From: Candidatus Zixiibacteriota bacterium
GTDB taxonomy: Bacteria; Zixibacteria; MSB-5A5; UBA10806; 4484-95
Length of the DNA stretch: 18,649 nucleotides
Assembly: GCA_029932605.1 (NCBI GenBank)
Contig: JAOZPT010000050.1
Span: 1-18,649, forward strand
Direction of reading: 5' to 3'
In this document: positions 7,921-16,929 of the stretch, piece after piece
How positions within the stretch are numbered: the stretch's first letter is position 1
Layout: each line of letters opens with the position of its first letter
Notes under the pieces: generated by a model
What the model was told of the DNA's origin: nothing
Databases searched by the model: none
The model's input: only the letters and a program-made list of their open reading frames with translations
Translations under genes and position numbers: made by a program

Positions 7921-8495
7921 GTTATCTTAAATCCTCGGATATCGCTGAAATAGAGGAGATGTTTGGAAAGCCCCGTGAATTATATACCGAGGTCGAGATG
8001 GCTCCCGAAGAGCTTATGCAGGTGCGTCAAAGCCAGGTGTCCGGAAGGGCTCATGATATCACGCTGTTTATATTTAAAGACGACAAAATGCTTTTCACAG
8101 CCAAACATTTTTATCCTCCGGGACTTTATAGAGCGCCGTCGGGCGCGGTAAAACCCGGTGAAAATATGATAGAGGGAGCTAAACGTGAAGCCTTTGAAGA
8201 AACCGGTGCTGAAATCCAGCTCGAAGAATACCTCCTGCGGATCAGAGTGAAATTTTATTGCGATGATGATTATATCAACTGGACATCACATGTATTCGAA
8301 GCAAAATATGTTTCAGGAGAAATCAGGCCACATGACACTGAAGAAATCCGAGAAGCACGTTTTATCGATAAAAAAGACATCGAACACTTCAACGAAACAA
8401 TGCTGAAACTAAATATCGGCGGTTTTCGTTATCGGGTATTTTTAACGGAGAATACTCTGAAACAGCTTGAAAGAAAACATAACGAAAACAGATAA
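7917..8495 (+). CDS. Nudix hydrolase
   Basis: Complete Nudix box G-AVKPG-E-NMIEGAK-REAFEETGA (8142-8210). ATGA overlap with the upstream stop. Confidence 0.9.
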   Translation: MSYLKSSDIAEIEEMFGKPRELYTEVEMAPEELMQVRQSQVSGRAHDITLFIFKDDKMLFTAKHFYPPGLYRAPSGAVKPGENMIEGAKREAFEETGAEIQLEEYLLRIRVKFYCDDDYINWTSHVFEAKYVSGEIRPHDTEEIREARFIDKKDIEHFNETMLKLNIGGFRYRVFLTENTLKQLERKHNENR

Positions 8496-8510
8496 AAGTG
8501 TTAAAATTAT

Positions 8511-10304
8511 ATGGATGTAAGTTATCACGATGAAGAGATATTAGGCAAGGCCTATGACAATCGCCTGATGAAACGGCTTCTCACCTATTTAAAACCATAT
8601 CGGAGGCTGGTACTCTTAAGCGTTGCTATATTACTTTTATCGTCACTAACTCAGCTTGCCGGCCCCTATCTGACCAAAGTTGCCATTGATAAATATATTA
8701 CCGCGGGAGACTCCAAGGGCCTTCTAAGAATAATATTCTTGTTTATGGGAGTTATTGCTTTAGGATTCTCTCTTGAGTACATACGGGTATATCTGATGGA
8801 ATATATCGGTCAAAAAGCTATGTATGATATGAGAATGGAAATTTTCTCACATGTTCAGGAGCTGAATCTGACATTTTTTGATAAGAATCCGGTGGGAAGG
8901 ATACTCACACGCATCACTTTTGATGTTAATGTTTTAAACGAGATGTTCACCTCTGGAGTGGTGGCTATTTTCGGTGATATCTTCATTCTTATAGGCATCG
9001 TTGTGGTGATGTTGTTGCTCAAATGGCAGCTGGCTCTAATTGTGTTTTCAGTAATACCGTTTCTGGTTATTGCTACCGCTGTATTCCGAAAAAAGGTGCG
9101 CCAGTCTTACCGTGATGTCAGAACCGCTACCGCCAGAATTAACGCCTATACTCAGGAACATATAACCGGAATATCAGTGGTGCAAAGTTTCACTGTCGAA
9201 CAAAAAGCCTATTCAGGTTTTGAAAAGATCAATAAAAACCTTATGAATGCGCGTCTTCGCTCGGTGTTCTACTATGCCGTATTCTTTCCGGTGGTCGAGC
9301 TCATAGGAGCTTTTTCGCTGGTTTTGATTATCGGTTACGGGGGAAGTAAAGTCATAGCCGGTACTCTAACACTGGGAGCACTGGTTGCTTTCATTCAATA
9401 TGCCGACCGTTTCTATCGCCCGATTCGGGACTTATCTGAAAAGTACAATATCCTGCAATCGGCAATGGCATCCTCCGAAAGGATTTTCAAGCTGTTAGAC
9501 ACAAAAAGCGATATTATCAATCCTGAAAACCCAATACCGCTTAATAAAGTTCAGGGAAAGATTGAATTTAAAGACCTTTATTTTGAGTATGAAAAAGGCA
9601 ACCCTGTGCTATATGATATTAACTTAAAAATACAGCCCGGTGAAAAAATTGCCATTGTCGGTGTGACGGGCTCAGGTAAGACCACCCTTATCAACCTTCT
9701 CTGCCGATTCTATGAATATAAAAGAGGGGAGATTTTAATTGATGGTGTATCTTTAAAAAAGATTAGAGAGAAGGACTTGCGCAAAAATATCGCCCTTGTG
9801 CTTCAGGATGTCTTTATGTTTGCGGGAGATATAAAGCGCAATATCCGCCTTGACTCAAAGGAGATTTCATTAGAGAGAATAAAACAGGCGGCTTTCGAGG
9901 TTGGTGCTGACAAATTCATAGATAAACTTGATGGTGGCCTTGATTTCCAGCTTAAAGAGCGCGGTTTGAACCTTTCGGTTGGACAACGTCAGATTATCGC
10001 ATTTGCCCGTGCTTTGGTTTTTGACCCGGCTATTCTTATCCTTGACGAAGCCACCTCGTCTGTCGATACAGAGACAGAGATATTAATACAAAAAGCCCTG
10101 AAAAAACTTTTAGCCGGAAGAACCTCGATAATCATCGCCCATCGCCTTTCGACAATCAAAGGTGTTGACAGAATAGTGGTAATGCACAAAGGTAAAATCA
10201 GGGAGATTGGCACCCATGATGAACTCTTACAGAAACAGGGAATCTATTCCAGGCTTTATCAATTGCAATACAAGGATCAGGAGGTAACGATTGTAGATGG
10301 ATGA
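8511..10304 (+). CDS. ABC exporter half-transporter (TMD+NBD), MdlB/BmrD-like subunit
   Basis: FFDKNPVGRILTR, Walker A GVTGSGKT, degenerate signature LSVGQRQ, Walker B ILILDEATS, IAHRLST. Confidence 0.93.
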   Translation: MDVSYHDEEILGKAYDNRLMKRLLTYLKPYRRLVLLSVAILLLSSLTQLAGPYLTKVAIDKYITAGDSKGLLRIIFLFMGVIALGFSLEYIRVYLMEYIGQKAMYDMRMEIFSHVQELNLTFFDKNPVGRILTRITFDVNVLNEMFTSGVVAIFGDIFILIGIVVVMLLLKWQLALIVFSVIPFLVIATAVFRKKVRQSYRDVRTATARINAYTQEHITGISVVQSFTVEQKAYSGFEKINKNLMNARLRSVFYYAVFFPVVELIGAFSLVLIIGYGGSKVIAGTLTLGALVAFIQYADRFYRPIRDLSEKYNILQSAMASSERIFKLLDTKSDIINPENPIPLNKVQGKIEFKDLYFEYEKGNPVLYDINLKIQPGEKIAIVGVTGSGKTTLINLLCRFYEYKRGEILIDGVSLKKIREKDLRKNIALVLQDVFMFAGDIKRNIRLDSKEISLERIKQAAFEVGADKFIDKLDGGLDFQLKERGLNLSVGQRQIIAFARALVFDPAILILDEATSSVDTETEILIQKALKKLLAGRTSIIIAHRLSTIKGVDRIVVMHKGKIREIGTHDELLQKQGIYSRLYQLQYKDQEVTIVDG

Positions 10305-11103
10305 ATACATCAAAAGGCTAATAACCGCTGAGCATGCTGCTCGCCAGGCTGGCAAATACCTGATTGAGGTCTTACCAGAAAAGAGAGATATCGACAAAAA
10401 AGGAATTATCAACCTTGTAACAGAGGTTGATCGAAATTCAGAAAAACTTATACATGAAATAATAACAGGGCACTTTCCTGAAGATGGTTTTTTAGCCGAG
10501 GAGGGAACGAAATCGAGCCCTGACAAAAAGGGCGGTTCCGAGTTCACCTGGATTGTTGACCCTCTTGATGGAACCACCAATTATGCTCATAGGCTTCCCA
10601 TATTCTGTGTCTCGATAGCTATAGTAAAAAAGGGTATCCCCTGTGTCGGATGTATATATAATCCTGTCCTTGATGAATGTTTCACCGCTCAAAAGGAAAA
10701 AGGTGCATTTCTAAATGGCAAACCGATTCGAGTCTCCACCACTGATAAGTTGATCGACTCTCTTCTGGCAACCGGTTTCCCCTATGATATACGCGAGTCC
10801 GATGATGACAATCTTGATAACTTTGCCATGTTTTACAAGAAAGCCCAGGCGGTTCGTCGAGCCGGCTCTGCTGCTTTAGACATCGCTTATCTGGCCTGCG
10901 GGCGCTTTGACGGATTCTGGGAGTTCAAGCTATCTTCCTGGGATATCGCCGCAGGTATCGTAATTGTAGAAGAGGCTGGAGGTGTGGTCAGCAAGTTTAA
11001 TGGAGAACCGGTTGATATTTTTAAAGGTGAGATTTTAGCCTCAAACGGATTGATTCACTCGCAGATGCTAAAGATACTGGAAATGACTAAAAAACAACGG
11101 TAA
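10297..11103 (+). CDS. suhB: Inositol monophosphatase family protein (SuhB-type)
   Basis: LVTEVD, AEEG, WIVDPLDGTTNY, ATGFPYD, RRAGSAALDIAYLACGRFDGFWE, WDIAAG. Start overlaps the upstream gene by 8 nt. Confidence 0.9.
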   Translation: MDEYIKRLITAEHAARQAGKYLIEVLPEKRDIDKKGIINLVTEVDRNSEKLIHEIITGHFPEDGFLAEEGTKSSPDKKGGSEFTWIVDPLDGTTNYAHRLPIFCVSIAIVKKGIPCVGCIYNPVLDECFTAQKEKGAFLNGKPIRVSTTDKLIDSLLATGFPYDIRESDDDNLDNFAMFYKKAQAVRRAGSAALDIAYLACGRFDGFWEFKLSSWDIAAGIVIVEEAGGVVSKFNGEPVDIFKGEILASNGLIHSQMLKILEMTKKQR

Positions 11104-11402
11104 AAAGAACAGCATATTTATATCAAGACCATGTTGGTATTAAACCACGGGTTACGAAAGGTCAAATCTTAAATTAAGAAGATGCTGGACCAAGAACTAT
11201 GTTCAAAAATTGAATTTCTCATCCCTATGATACATAGTGAAACATTAACAATAACCCCACCTCCAATTGGCGCACAGCCTTGCAACTCATTAAAAACTAT
11301 AATCTTGCTAAAGCATTCAATTACATTAGAGCTTTAAAAAAGCAAATTTAACCATTCTTATAATGAAACGTCATCGATCTAAATATATGATTTGTCATCT
11401 CG

Positions 11403-11415
11403 TAATTTGTTGATA
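11403..11415 (-). promoter_or_regulatory. IHF-type binding site
   Basis: TATCAACAAATTA on the minus strand is an exact match to WATCAANNNNTTR, 4 bp upstream of the sigma28-like -35. Confidence 0.45.
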
Positions 11416-11419
11416 ACAA

Positions 11420-11446
11420 TAAAGTAATCTATATTCTATCCGATAA
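11420..11446 (+). promoter_or_regulatory. sigma28 (FliA/SigD)-type promoter
   Basis: TAAA (11420-11423, extending TAAAGT), N15, TCCGATAA (11439-11446), compared with consensus TAAA-N15-GCCGATAA. Confidence 0.6.
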
Positions 11447-11464
11447 GGGTATCGATAAGGGTAT
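11441..11464 (+). repeat. Perfect 12-bp tandem duplication CGATAAGGGTAT x2
   Basis: 11441-11452 and 11453-11464 are identical. Related ATTGACAA copies at 11463-11470 and 11480-11487. Confidence 0.9.
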
Positions 11465-11497
11465 TGACAAAATTTAATCATTGACAAGGAGGATAAT

Positions 11498-11764
11498 ATG
11501 CTTACTTGGTGCGCTATTTTGTTTTGTCTTGGAATACTAGCCTTTCTTGATTCTCTTTTCAACTATGGCGAGATATTCAGAAGGATTAATTCGGTGCTCT
11601 TTATGCTTGTTTCGTTAGGTGTATTAGTTCGAACCAGTATGAAAATCAAAATGCGCCAGATTGAAAAACTCACGGCAAGGGTAAAAGAGCTGGAAGGTAT
11701 AACCGGGCAGAAATCATCGGAAGATGAGGTTATTGAAGAGCAGAAAAAACAGCCGGTTTTTTAA
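11498..11764 (+). CDS. Small hypothetical membrane protein (2 TM helices plus C-terminal coiled coil)
   Basis: Strong SD AGGAGG (11487-11492) 5 nt before ATG. Two hydrophobic segments, then the heptad-like RQIEKLTARVKELE. Confidence 0.8.
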   Translation: MLTWCAILFCLGILAFLDSLFNYGEIFRRINSVLFMLVSLGVLVRTSMKIKMRQIEKLTARVKELEGITGQKSSEDEVIEEQKKQPVF

Positions 11765-13575
11765 CTTGATTTGATTTTATTCAAATATAGCCGCGCCTTT
11801 TCAATCAAAGGTGAGGTTGGATAATCCGAGAGAAGTTTTTTAAACAACGTGTCGGCCTTTTCGGGCTGGCTTAATCTTTGGAAGTATATCTCTGCCATCA
11901 GATAAATAGACCTATCAATATACAGCCCCTCCGGGAAAACCGTATTATATTTTTCGCAAGCCCGAATTGCTTTCTCCCACATATTAGCGGTTTTATAAAA
12001 TGAAGCTAAGTTAAACAGAATATACTCATAAGCACCGCTATAACTTATCCCGGCGGCTTTCTCTAAGATTGCTACAGCTCTGTTGATATTTCCGGAATAG
12101 CGGGAGCGAATGGCATCAGCAATCAAAAAAGCTGAAGTGTCATTTTCAACGGCTTTTAAAACTCTTAAGCGATCTAGGCAGTCATTTACATAATATCCCG
12201 ATGAATACAGTTTGGCCAACCTTTCATAACCCTTAATTGCCTTTTTGAAATCATATGTGAAGAAAGCAATTTCAGCCTTGAGGAAAACAGCTTTTTCCGC
12301 CAGGTCTTTATCCTTTTCCTGATTCTCAAGTTCATCCAAAAGAGATATAGCATTAGAGAAATCACCTGTTTTTATATTTATTTCCGCCAAACGCATCTTC
12401 GCAATCATTGAGAAAAAATTATAGCGTTTTCCAAAAGCGATTCGGGCAAACTTGTCTTTAGCCGCCTCAAAGTCTTTAAGATTAACAGCATATATTTCGC
12501 CAGCAGTTAGTATCGCATCAACCTTACAAAATGCATCGGAAGACGTTTTTTCTATGTTATCTAAAAGCTCAACCGCTTGTAGATAAAATCCCAGGCCGAC
12601 AAGGCTCTTAGCTTTTAGCAGGTTAACCCTTGATCTTCCTTTTTCATTCTGTATGTGTGCAAGGTAATAATCGGCAGCCTGAATTGCCATTTCATACTTC
12701 CCATTATCGTAGCACAATCCAGTGAAACCATAGATGAAATCACCCTTTAAAGGTGACAATTTATCGGCTCTCTTGTAATTCTCAAAAGCTGCCGTCAGAT
12801 TGTTATCAAGGATGTTAATATCACCCAAGATACTATAAAGGATAGGATTGTCGGGATTATTTTTTATGGCAGAATTTATTACCTGTTCTATTTCACCCGG
12901 TTTATCAGCTTCAGAGGCGATAGAGACAATTCGTTTTGAGATTTTAGTCTTTTTTTCAGTACCGTTTTCCAAAAGCCTAAGGTATTCGGCAACAGCCCCT
13001 TTATAATCTCGTCGAGACAAGAAAATATCAGATAGTTCCCTTGAGAAAAGTTGAGGCTTTTTAAAAATCGCTCGGGCTCGCCTGTAAACTGAAACAGCCT
13101 CATCATAAAAACCATAACTACGATAGTAACCAGCCAGAATTATATATCTTGATTCCGAAGGGCCGGCTAATTCGAATGCTTTCTCCCAGTATTTTTTGGC
13201 TGTATCCAGACTATCTGTAAGAAAATACACCTCGGCTAATTGGCAAATTGCCATAAAACTATCAGGATTTGTCTTAAGTTCATTTAAAATAAGATTCTTG
13301 AGGGATGAGTAGTCCTTTTTATTGCGGTAAACATTCTTCAGCTCATCGATTATCTCTTTTCTGTTACCGAAACTTTTTTTCATTGACATAAGGAGGTTTA
13401 AAGCACGATCATAATTACCAACCCTTATCAATTTCTTGACGGTTTTTAGACTTTGCTTCAGATAATCGTCGCTCTTTGCGGGTCTTGGCGGGTTTATCTC
13501 GATGTTCTGAGCGTATAACCCAAATCCGGAGGCAAAAAACAAAGGTATCAACAGGATAATTACTTTATTTCTCAA
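11761..13575 (-). CDS. Exported tetratricopeptide-repeat protein
   Basis: Signal-peptide-like MRNKVIILLIPLFFASGFGLYA-Q and many TPR-like helical repeats. The C-terminal F.KLL.DYP.SP...KAR resembles the CpoB/BamD-type TPR end. TTG start with GAGG SD, overlapping the upstream stop. Confidence 0.88.
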   Translation of the reverse strand: MRNKVIILLIPLFFASGFGLYAQNIEINPPRPAKSDDYLKQSLKTVKKLIRVGNYDRALNLLMSMKKSFGNRKEIIDELKNVYRNKKDYSSLKNLILNELKTNPDSFMAICQLAEVYFLTDSLDTAKKYWEKAFELAGPSESRYIILAGYYRSYGFYDEAVSVYRRARAIFKKPQLFSRELSDIFLSRRDYKGAVAEYLRLLENGTEKKTKISKRIVSIASEADKPGEIEQVINSAIKNNPDNPILYSILGDINILDNNLTAAFENYKRADKLSPLKGDFIYGFTGLCYDNGKYEMAIQAADYYLAHIQNEKGRSRVNLLKAKSLVGLGFYLQAVELLDNIEKTSSDAFCKVDAILTAGEIYAVNLKDFEAAKDKFARIAFGKRYNFFSMIAKMRLAEINIKTGDFSNAISLLDELENQEKDKDLAEKAVFLKAEIAFFTYDFKKAIKGYERLAKLYSSGYYVNDCLDRLRVLKAVENDTSAFLIADAIRSRYSGNINRAVAILEKAAGISYSGAYEYILFNLASFYKTANMWEKAIRACEKYNTVFPEGLYIDRSIYLMAEIYFQRLSQPEKADTLFKKLLSDYPTSPLIEKARLYLNKIKSS

Positions 13576-16500
13576 TTGTGATATCCTCGGTTAAGGCTTT
13601 GAAATACTCTTTAATTAGATTTTCATAGCGTCGAGGATATTTTTCAGATAGTGCTTTTTTGATATCCTCGGCAAGTTGCTCATCAGTTTTATTGTTTGTT
13701 TTTAAAATATCCGGACCGCTCCTGATTATATCCTTGCCGGCACGAGCCTGCCTTTTTCGTGAATAGTCGCGCCGATGAACCGATTTCTGAGCATCCAAAA
13801 GTCTTGATAATATCCTCTCCTGCCTCTGTATTATTGAGCGGTCAGCATCTTTGCTTCTTAATTCCTCGGCGACTTTTTTCATCTCCTCACCAAGCTCGCT
13901 TAATCGCCCCAAAATATTACCACTTTCGCCATATTCATCCATCAATTCCTCGAGACTTTTGCGGATCGCTTCCTGTTGTGCCGCCAGCTTCTGTAAACCT
14001 TGGTACTGAATCGCGGTCATCGTCTGGCCCGGCATCGGTATTAATGACTGAGCCTGTTGGTTCAATGATTGCTGTTGTTGCGCCATCTGATTAAGGCTCT
14101 GCATAAACGATTGCATGCCTGTCCCGGACTTACAACTACAGGCCTGATTTAAAGAGTTCATGAGCATCATAATCGTCTGGTTCAAGGCTGCCATCGCCAT
14201 GACCTGGTTATCCTTTGCCTTGGAGGTTCGTCGATTGTTAAGACTTTCAAGAGCTGTTTGCATTTGTCGAAGAGCCTCTCCCAATCTCTCCATAATAGCA
14301 AAATTCACAAACAATGTCTCCTTGGTGAGGTCAGAAACATTGTTCGCTACTCGTTCGGTCGCTGATTGAAGGTCTTTCTGCTTGTTTGCCATCTCCCTCA
14401 GGCTCTCCAACCGTTTTCCAACACTTTGTGTTGAATCGATGAGTGCCTCTTGATTCTGCGAAAGATACAGTATATCTGATATCGCCTTTTTAAGCATTCC
14501 AGTTATCATCTGTTGTTGTTGGGATTGCATCTGTTCCAGTAATGATTGAAACATCTGAGCCATATTTTCAAAATTCTGCTGAAGGTTCTGGCCCAGCATG
14601 CAGGCGCCCTGCTTTTTGCACATGCTCAAATTCTGTATCATCTGGTTCATCTGTTTATTCATCTGGGGCGAATTGAGCATCTCGTTTGCCTTATCCATAT
14701 CCTGTTGTGGTAACATGTCCAGTTTTTTATTTAAACTGTCAGCTTGCTCAAATTGGTCCTTCATACTTTCAAGCCCCTGTTTTTGGGCTTTCTGTGGTTG
14801 TTGTAAATCAGATACTTCCTTTTCACTGTTACACATACCCAGCTTATCATTAATCTGCTGTTGTTGTTCGGCAAGTTTCTGAGCCATCTTGGCCAAGGTA
14901 TCAAGCTTTTGCTCGAGCTGGAATTTTTTCAAAAGTGCCAGTGTCCTGTCGAGTTGTTCATTTATCTGTTCCACGCTGAAATTGAAGTTTTTCATTGCCT
15001 CTTTTAGCATGTCAGGGTCCATCTTCCGAAGGGCCTCCTGAAGCTTCTCCATCGCCTTTTTCAGTTCTGGCGTAGCCACCTGTTCCATCAGTTGTTTTAT
15101 TTCTTCCATCTTATCCAGCATTTCCATAGTGGCCAGCTGATTTTTATCAAGCTTCTCGATATTCTCCTCCATCTGCTGAGCGACTTTTTCCAATTGTTCG
15201 GCAATATCTTTCTGGCGATCGAGTGTCCGCTGTATCTGCTGTTTCCTCTCCCAGTCGATCTCGGATATTTTCATTATCTCACGGGATAAATTTTCCAGCT
15301 CGTCTCTCAATCGCCTCTGGCTATCAGCGGCTCTTTCAAACTCTCTAAAAACATCCTCCTGTGAATTGGTAATATCAGCCATTATTTCATCTAAACCGGG
15401 CAAACGGGCAGTATAGGTTTTACTCATCGATGATTTGGGGCCGGAGATAACATCGTTATCGGAGACCTTGATATAATAATATATCAAGTCCCCAGGTAAC
15501 AGGTGAAGCTGTTCTACATACCAGTTGTATGTTATAAGTGCCTCGGTATCTTCCCCAAAATCTGTCTGCAAAATCTTTTTTGTTTTTTCCGATTCGCGTC
15601 CCTCCGAGAAAGTCCAGTAAACAAGCTCAACCTTCGAGAAACCGAAGTCATCATAAATCTCAGCTTCAAGCGGGACAGTCATGTTCTCGTCTAAATCTAT
15701 ATCAACCGCCGGGAAAGTGATCTCAACCCTTGGTGGATAATCCTCAAGACAGACAAGGTCATACTCTATCGGTTGGGGATTTTTCAGGTTTTTTGAATCC
15801 TCAACCGATACATGATAACTGCCACTTTTATTTAAAACGAATTTCCCGTTTATACGCTCAGTCTCCACAGCCATCTTTTTAGTGCTTCCATCATCAAAAA
15901 CCATTATCGCATTTTTTACCGGTTTGTTCAGCCATCCGTTGAAGTTAACCACCGTTCCTTTGATGGCTGTCACCGAACCGTCATTATTGGGTAAAACCTG
16001 GTGCTCAAGGCGAGTGTATTGAGGAAAATCAAGCCCAATTGAAACATTGACAAGGCGTGGTGGATTTATCACGGTTATCTTACCAATTGGCGATCTGATA
16101 TGTTTGGCCTGGGCAAAATATTCAATATTGCGCTTGAGATTCCTGAATCTGTAAGTATAGATATTATCGTTTACACCCGAATCGCCTGTTGATTTTTCCA
16201 CCGGTATTTTAACCCATTGTTCACCATTAAACCTGAAATTAAAGTCAACACGCCTTACTTTCTCCCCACTGGCAGTTATCTCAACAGTAACATCCTCATT
16301 TTTGACTACTTCCGCCATAACGGGATCAACTGTTAAAATCAGGTTTGAGGGCCTCTGTATATCAGCGAGTGGATGTAAGTATAATTGTCTGGTATAATTA
16401 AAAGTCTGGATTGATAAGATAAGGCACAGCACTGCTACCAGGATCGATAAGGCTAAGCGTTGATAAGGTTTCTTGTTTTTTTTGATGACCACGTTAAAGT

Positions 16501-16921
16501 CGAGGTGTTTGATTTCAGCTCCGGCCTCCTCAATGGTCCTCTCGATGAGCGCCTTAGAGTAGTTCTCTTTGTTTTTAGCAAGCTTGTCGTAGAGCTGTAA
16601 GGAGGCTATGAGACGTGATTGCAGTTTGCCATAAAACCTCTCAAGGCGAAGCGCAATTTCTGCCAAAGGTAACCTCGCCACGAGAGGTTTAATTGCCCCA
16701 CGAGCTGTTATGGCCAAGAAACAAACAATGCCCATTACCAATATAATTACACGAAAAACTGGGGCAGGCCAGAAAAACCAGGTGGTTAACCACAGGAGAA
16801 AAATAAAGGTAAATATAAATGCCAGCAAGTCAACAAAGCCCTCAAATGCATGCCTGAAAGCATCACGGTTCCGGGTGACTATGAGTCTCTCAACTATCGA
16901 TTTGTATTTTTTATCGGTCAT
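13565..16921 (-). CDS. DUF4175-like large membrane protein (3 TM, beta-rich Ig-like region, long Q/M-rich coiled coil)
   Basis: TM pair, EIALRLE...LQSRLIASLQL, third TM, D.PP.V.I..P and DDFG motifs, V.DND.ISGPK, about 600 aa of helical tail ending RQ.RILSRLLDA.KS...R and Y..LIKEYFKAL. Confidence 0.8.
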   Translation of the reverse strand: MTDKKYKSIVERLIVTRNRDAFRHAFEGFVDLLAFIFTFIFLLWLTTWFFWPAPVFRVIILVMGIVCFLAITARGAIKPLVARLPLAEIALRLERFYGKLQSRLIASLQLYDKLAKNKENYSKALIERTIEEAGAEIKHLDFNVVIKKNKKPYQRLALSILVAVLCLILSIQTFNYTRQLYLHPLADIQRPSNLILTVDPVMAEVVKNEDVTVEITASGEKVRRVDFNFRFNGEQWVKIPVEKSTGDSGVNDNIYTYRFRNLKRNIEYFAQAKHIRSPIGKITVINPPRLVNVSIGLDFPQYTRLEHQVLPNNDGSVTAIKGTVVNFNGWLNKPVKNAIMVFDDGSTKKMAVETERINGKFVLNKSGSYHVSVEDSKNLKNPQPIEYDLVCLEDYPPRVEITFPAVDIDLDENMTVPLEAEIYDDFGFSKVELVYWTFSEGRESEKTKKILQTDFGEDTEALITYNWYVEQLHLLPGDLIYYYIKVSDNDVISGPKSSMSKTYTARLPGLDEIMADITNSQEDVFREFERAADSQRRLRDELENLSREIMKISEIDWERKQQIQRTLDRQKDIAEQLEKVAQQMEENIEKLDKNQLATMEMLDKMEEIKQLMEQVATPELKKAMEKLQEALRKMDPDMLKEAMKNFNFSVEQINEQLDRTLALLKKFQLEQKLDTLAKMAQKLAEQQQQINDKLGMCNSEKEVSDLQQPQKAQKQGLESMKDQFEQADSLNKKLDMLPQQDMDKANEMLNSPQMNKQMNQMIQNLSMCKKQGACMLGQNLQQNFENMAQMFQSLLEQMQSQQQQMITGMLKKAISDILYLSQNQEALIDSTQSVGKRLESLREMANKQKDLQSATERVANNVSDLTKETLFVNFAIMERLGEALRQMQTALESLNNRRTSKAKDNQVMAMAALNQTIMMLMNSLNQACSCKSGTGMQSFMQSLNQMAQQQQSLNQQAQSLIPMPGQTMTAIQYQGLQKLAAQQEAIRKSLEELMDEYGESGNILGRLSELGEEMKKVAEELRSKDADRSIIQRQERILSRLLDAQKSVHRRDYSRKRQARAGKDIIRSGPDILKTNNKTDEQLAEDIKKALSEKYPRRYENLIKEYFKALTEDITIEK

Positions 16922-16929
16922 AATGGTTT

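Noticed and set aside
2539..10692. Short alternative-frame and antisense ORFs within rsmB, the radical SAM, ABC, Nudix and suhB genes
   Set aside because: Nested in well-supported genes, with no domain signatures.
11267..11284. sigma54-like TTGGCGCACAGCCTTGCA
   Set aside because: Spacing is GG-N11-GC, whereas sigma54 needs GG-N10-GC.
11182..11337. 51-codon plus-strand ORF MLDQELCSKI... in the intergenic region
   Set aside because: No convincing SD or motif; an ORF of this length can arise by chance.
11464..11486. Two TTGACA hexamers as sigma70 -35 boxes
   Set aside because: No usable -10 at 16-18 bp before the start codon; treated as repeat copies.
11441..11487. CRISPR array
   Set aside because: Repeats are 8-12 bp with no spacers, and there are no cas genes.
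11498..13575. LapA/LapB pair (small membrane protein plus TPR protein)
   Set aside because: The genes are convergent, the TPR protein has a signal-like N-terminus and no rubredoxin CxxC motifs, and the small protein lacks the LapA loop.
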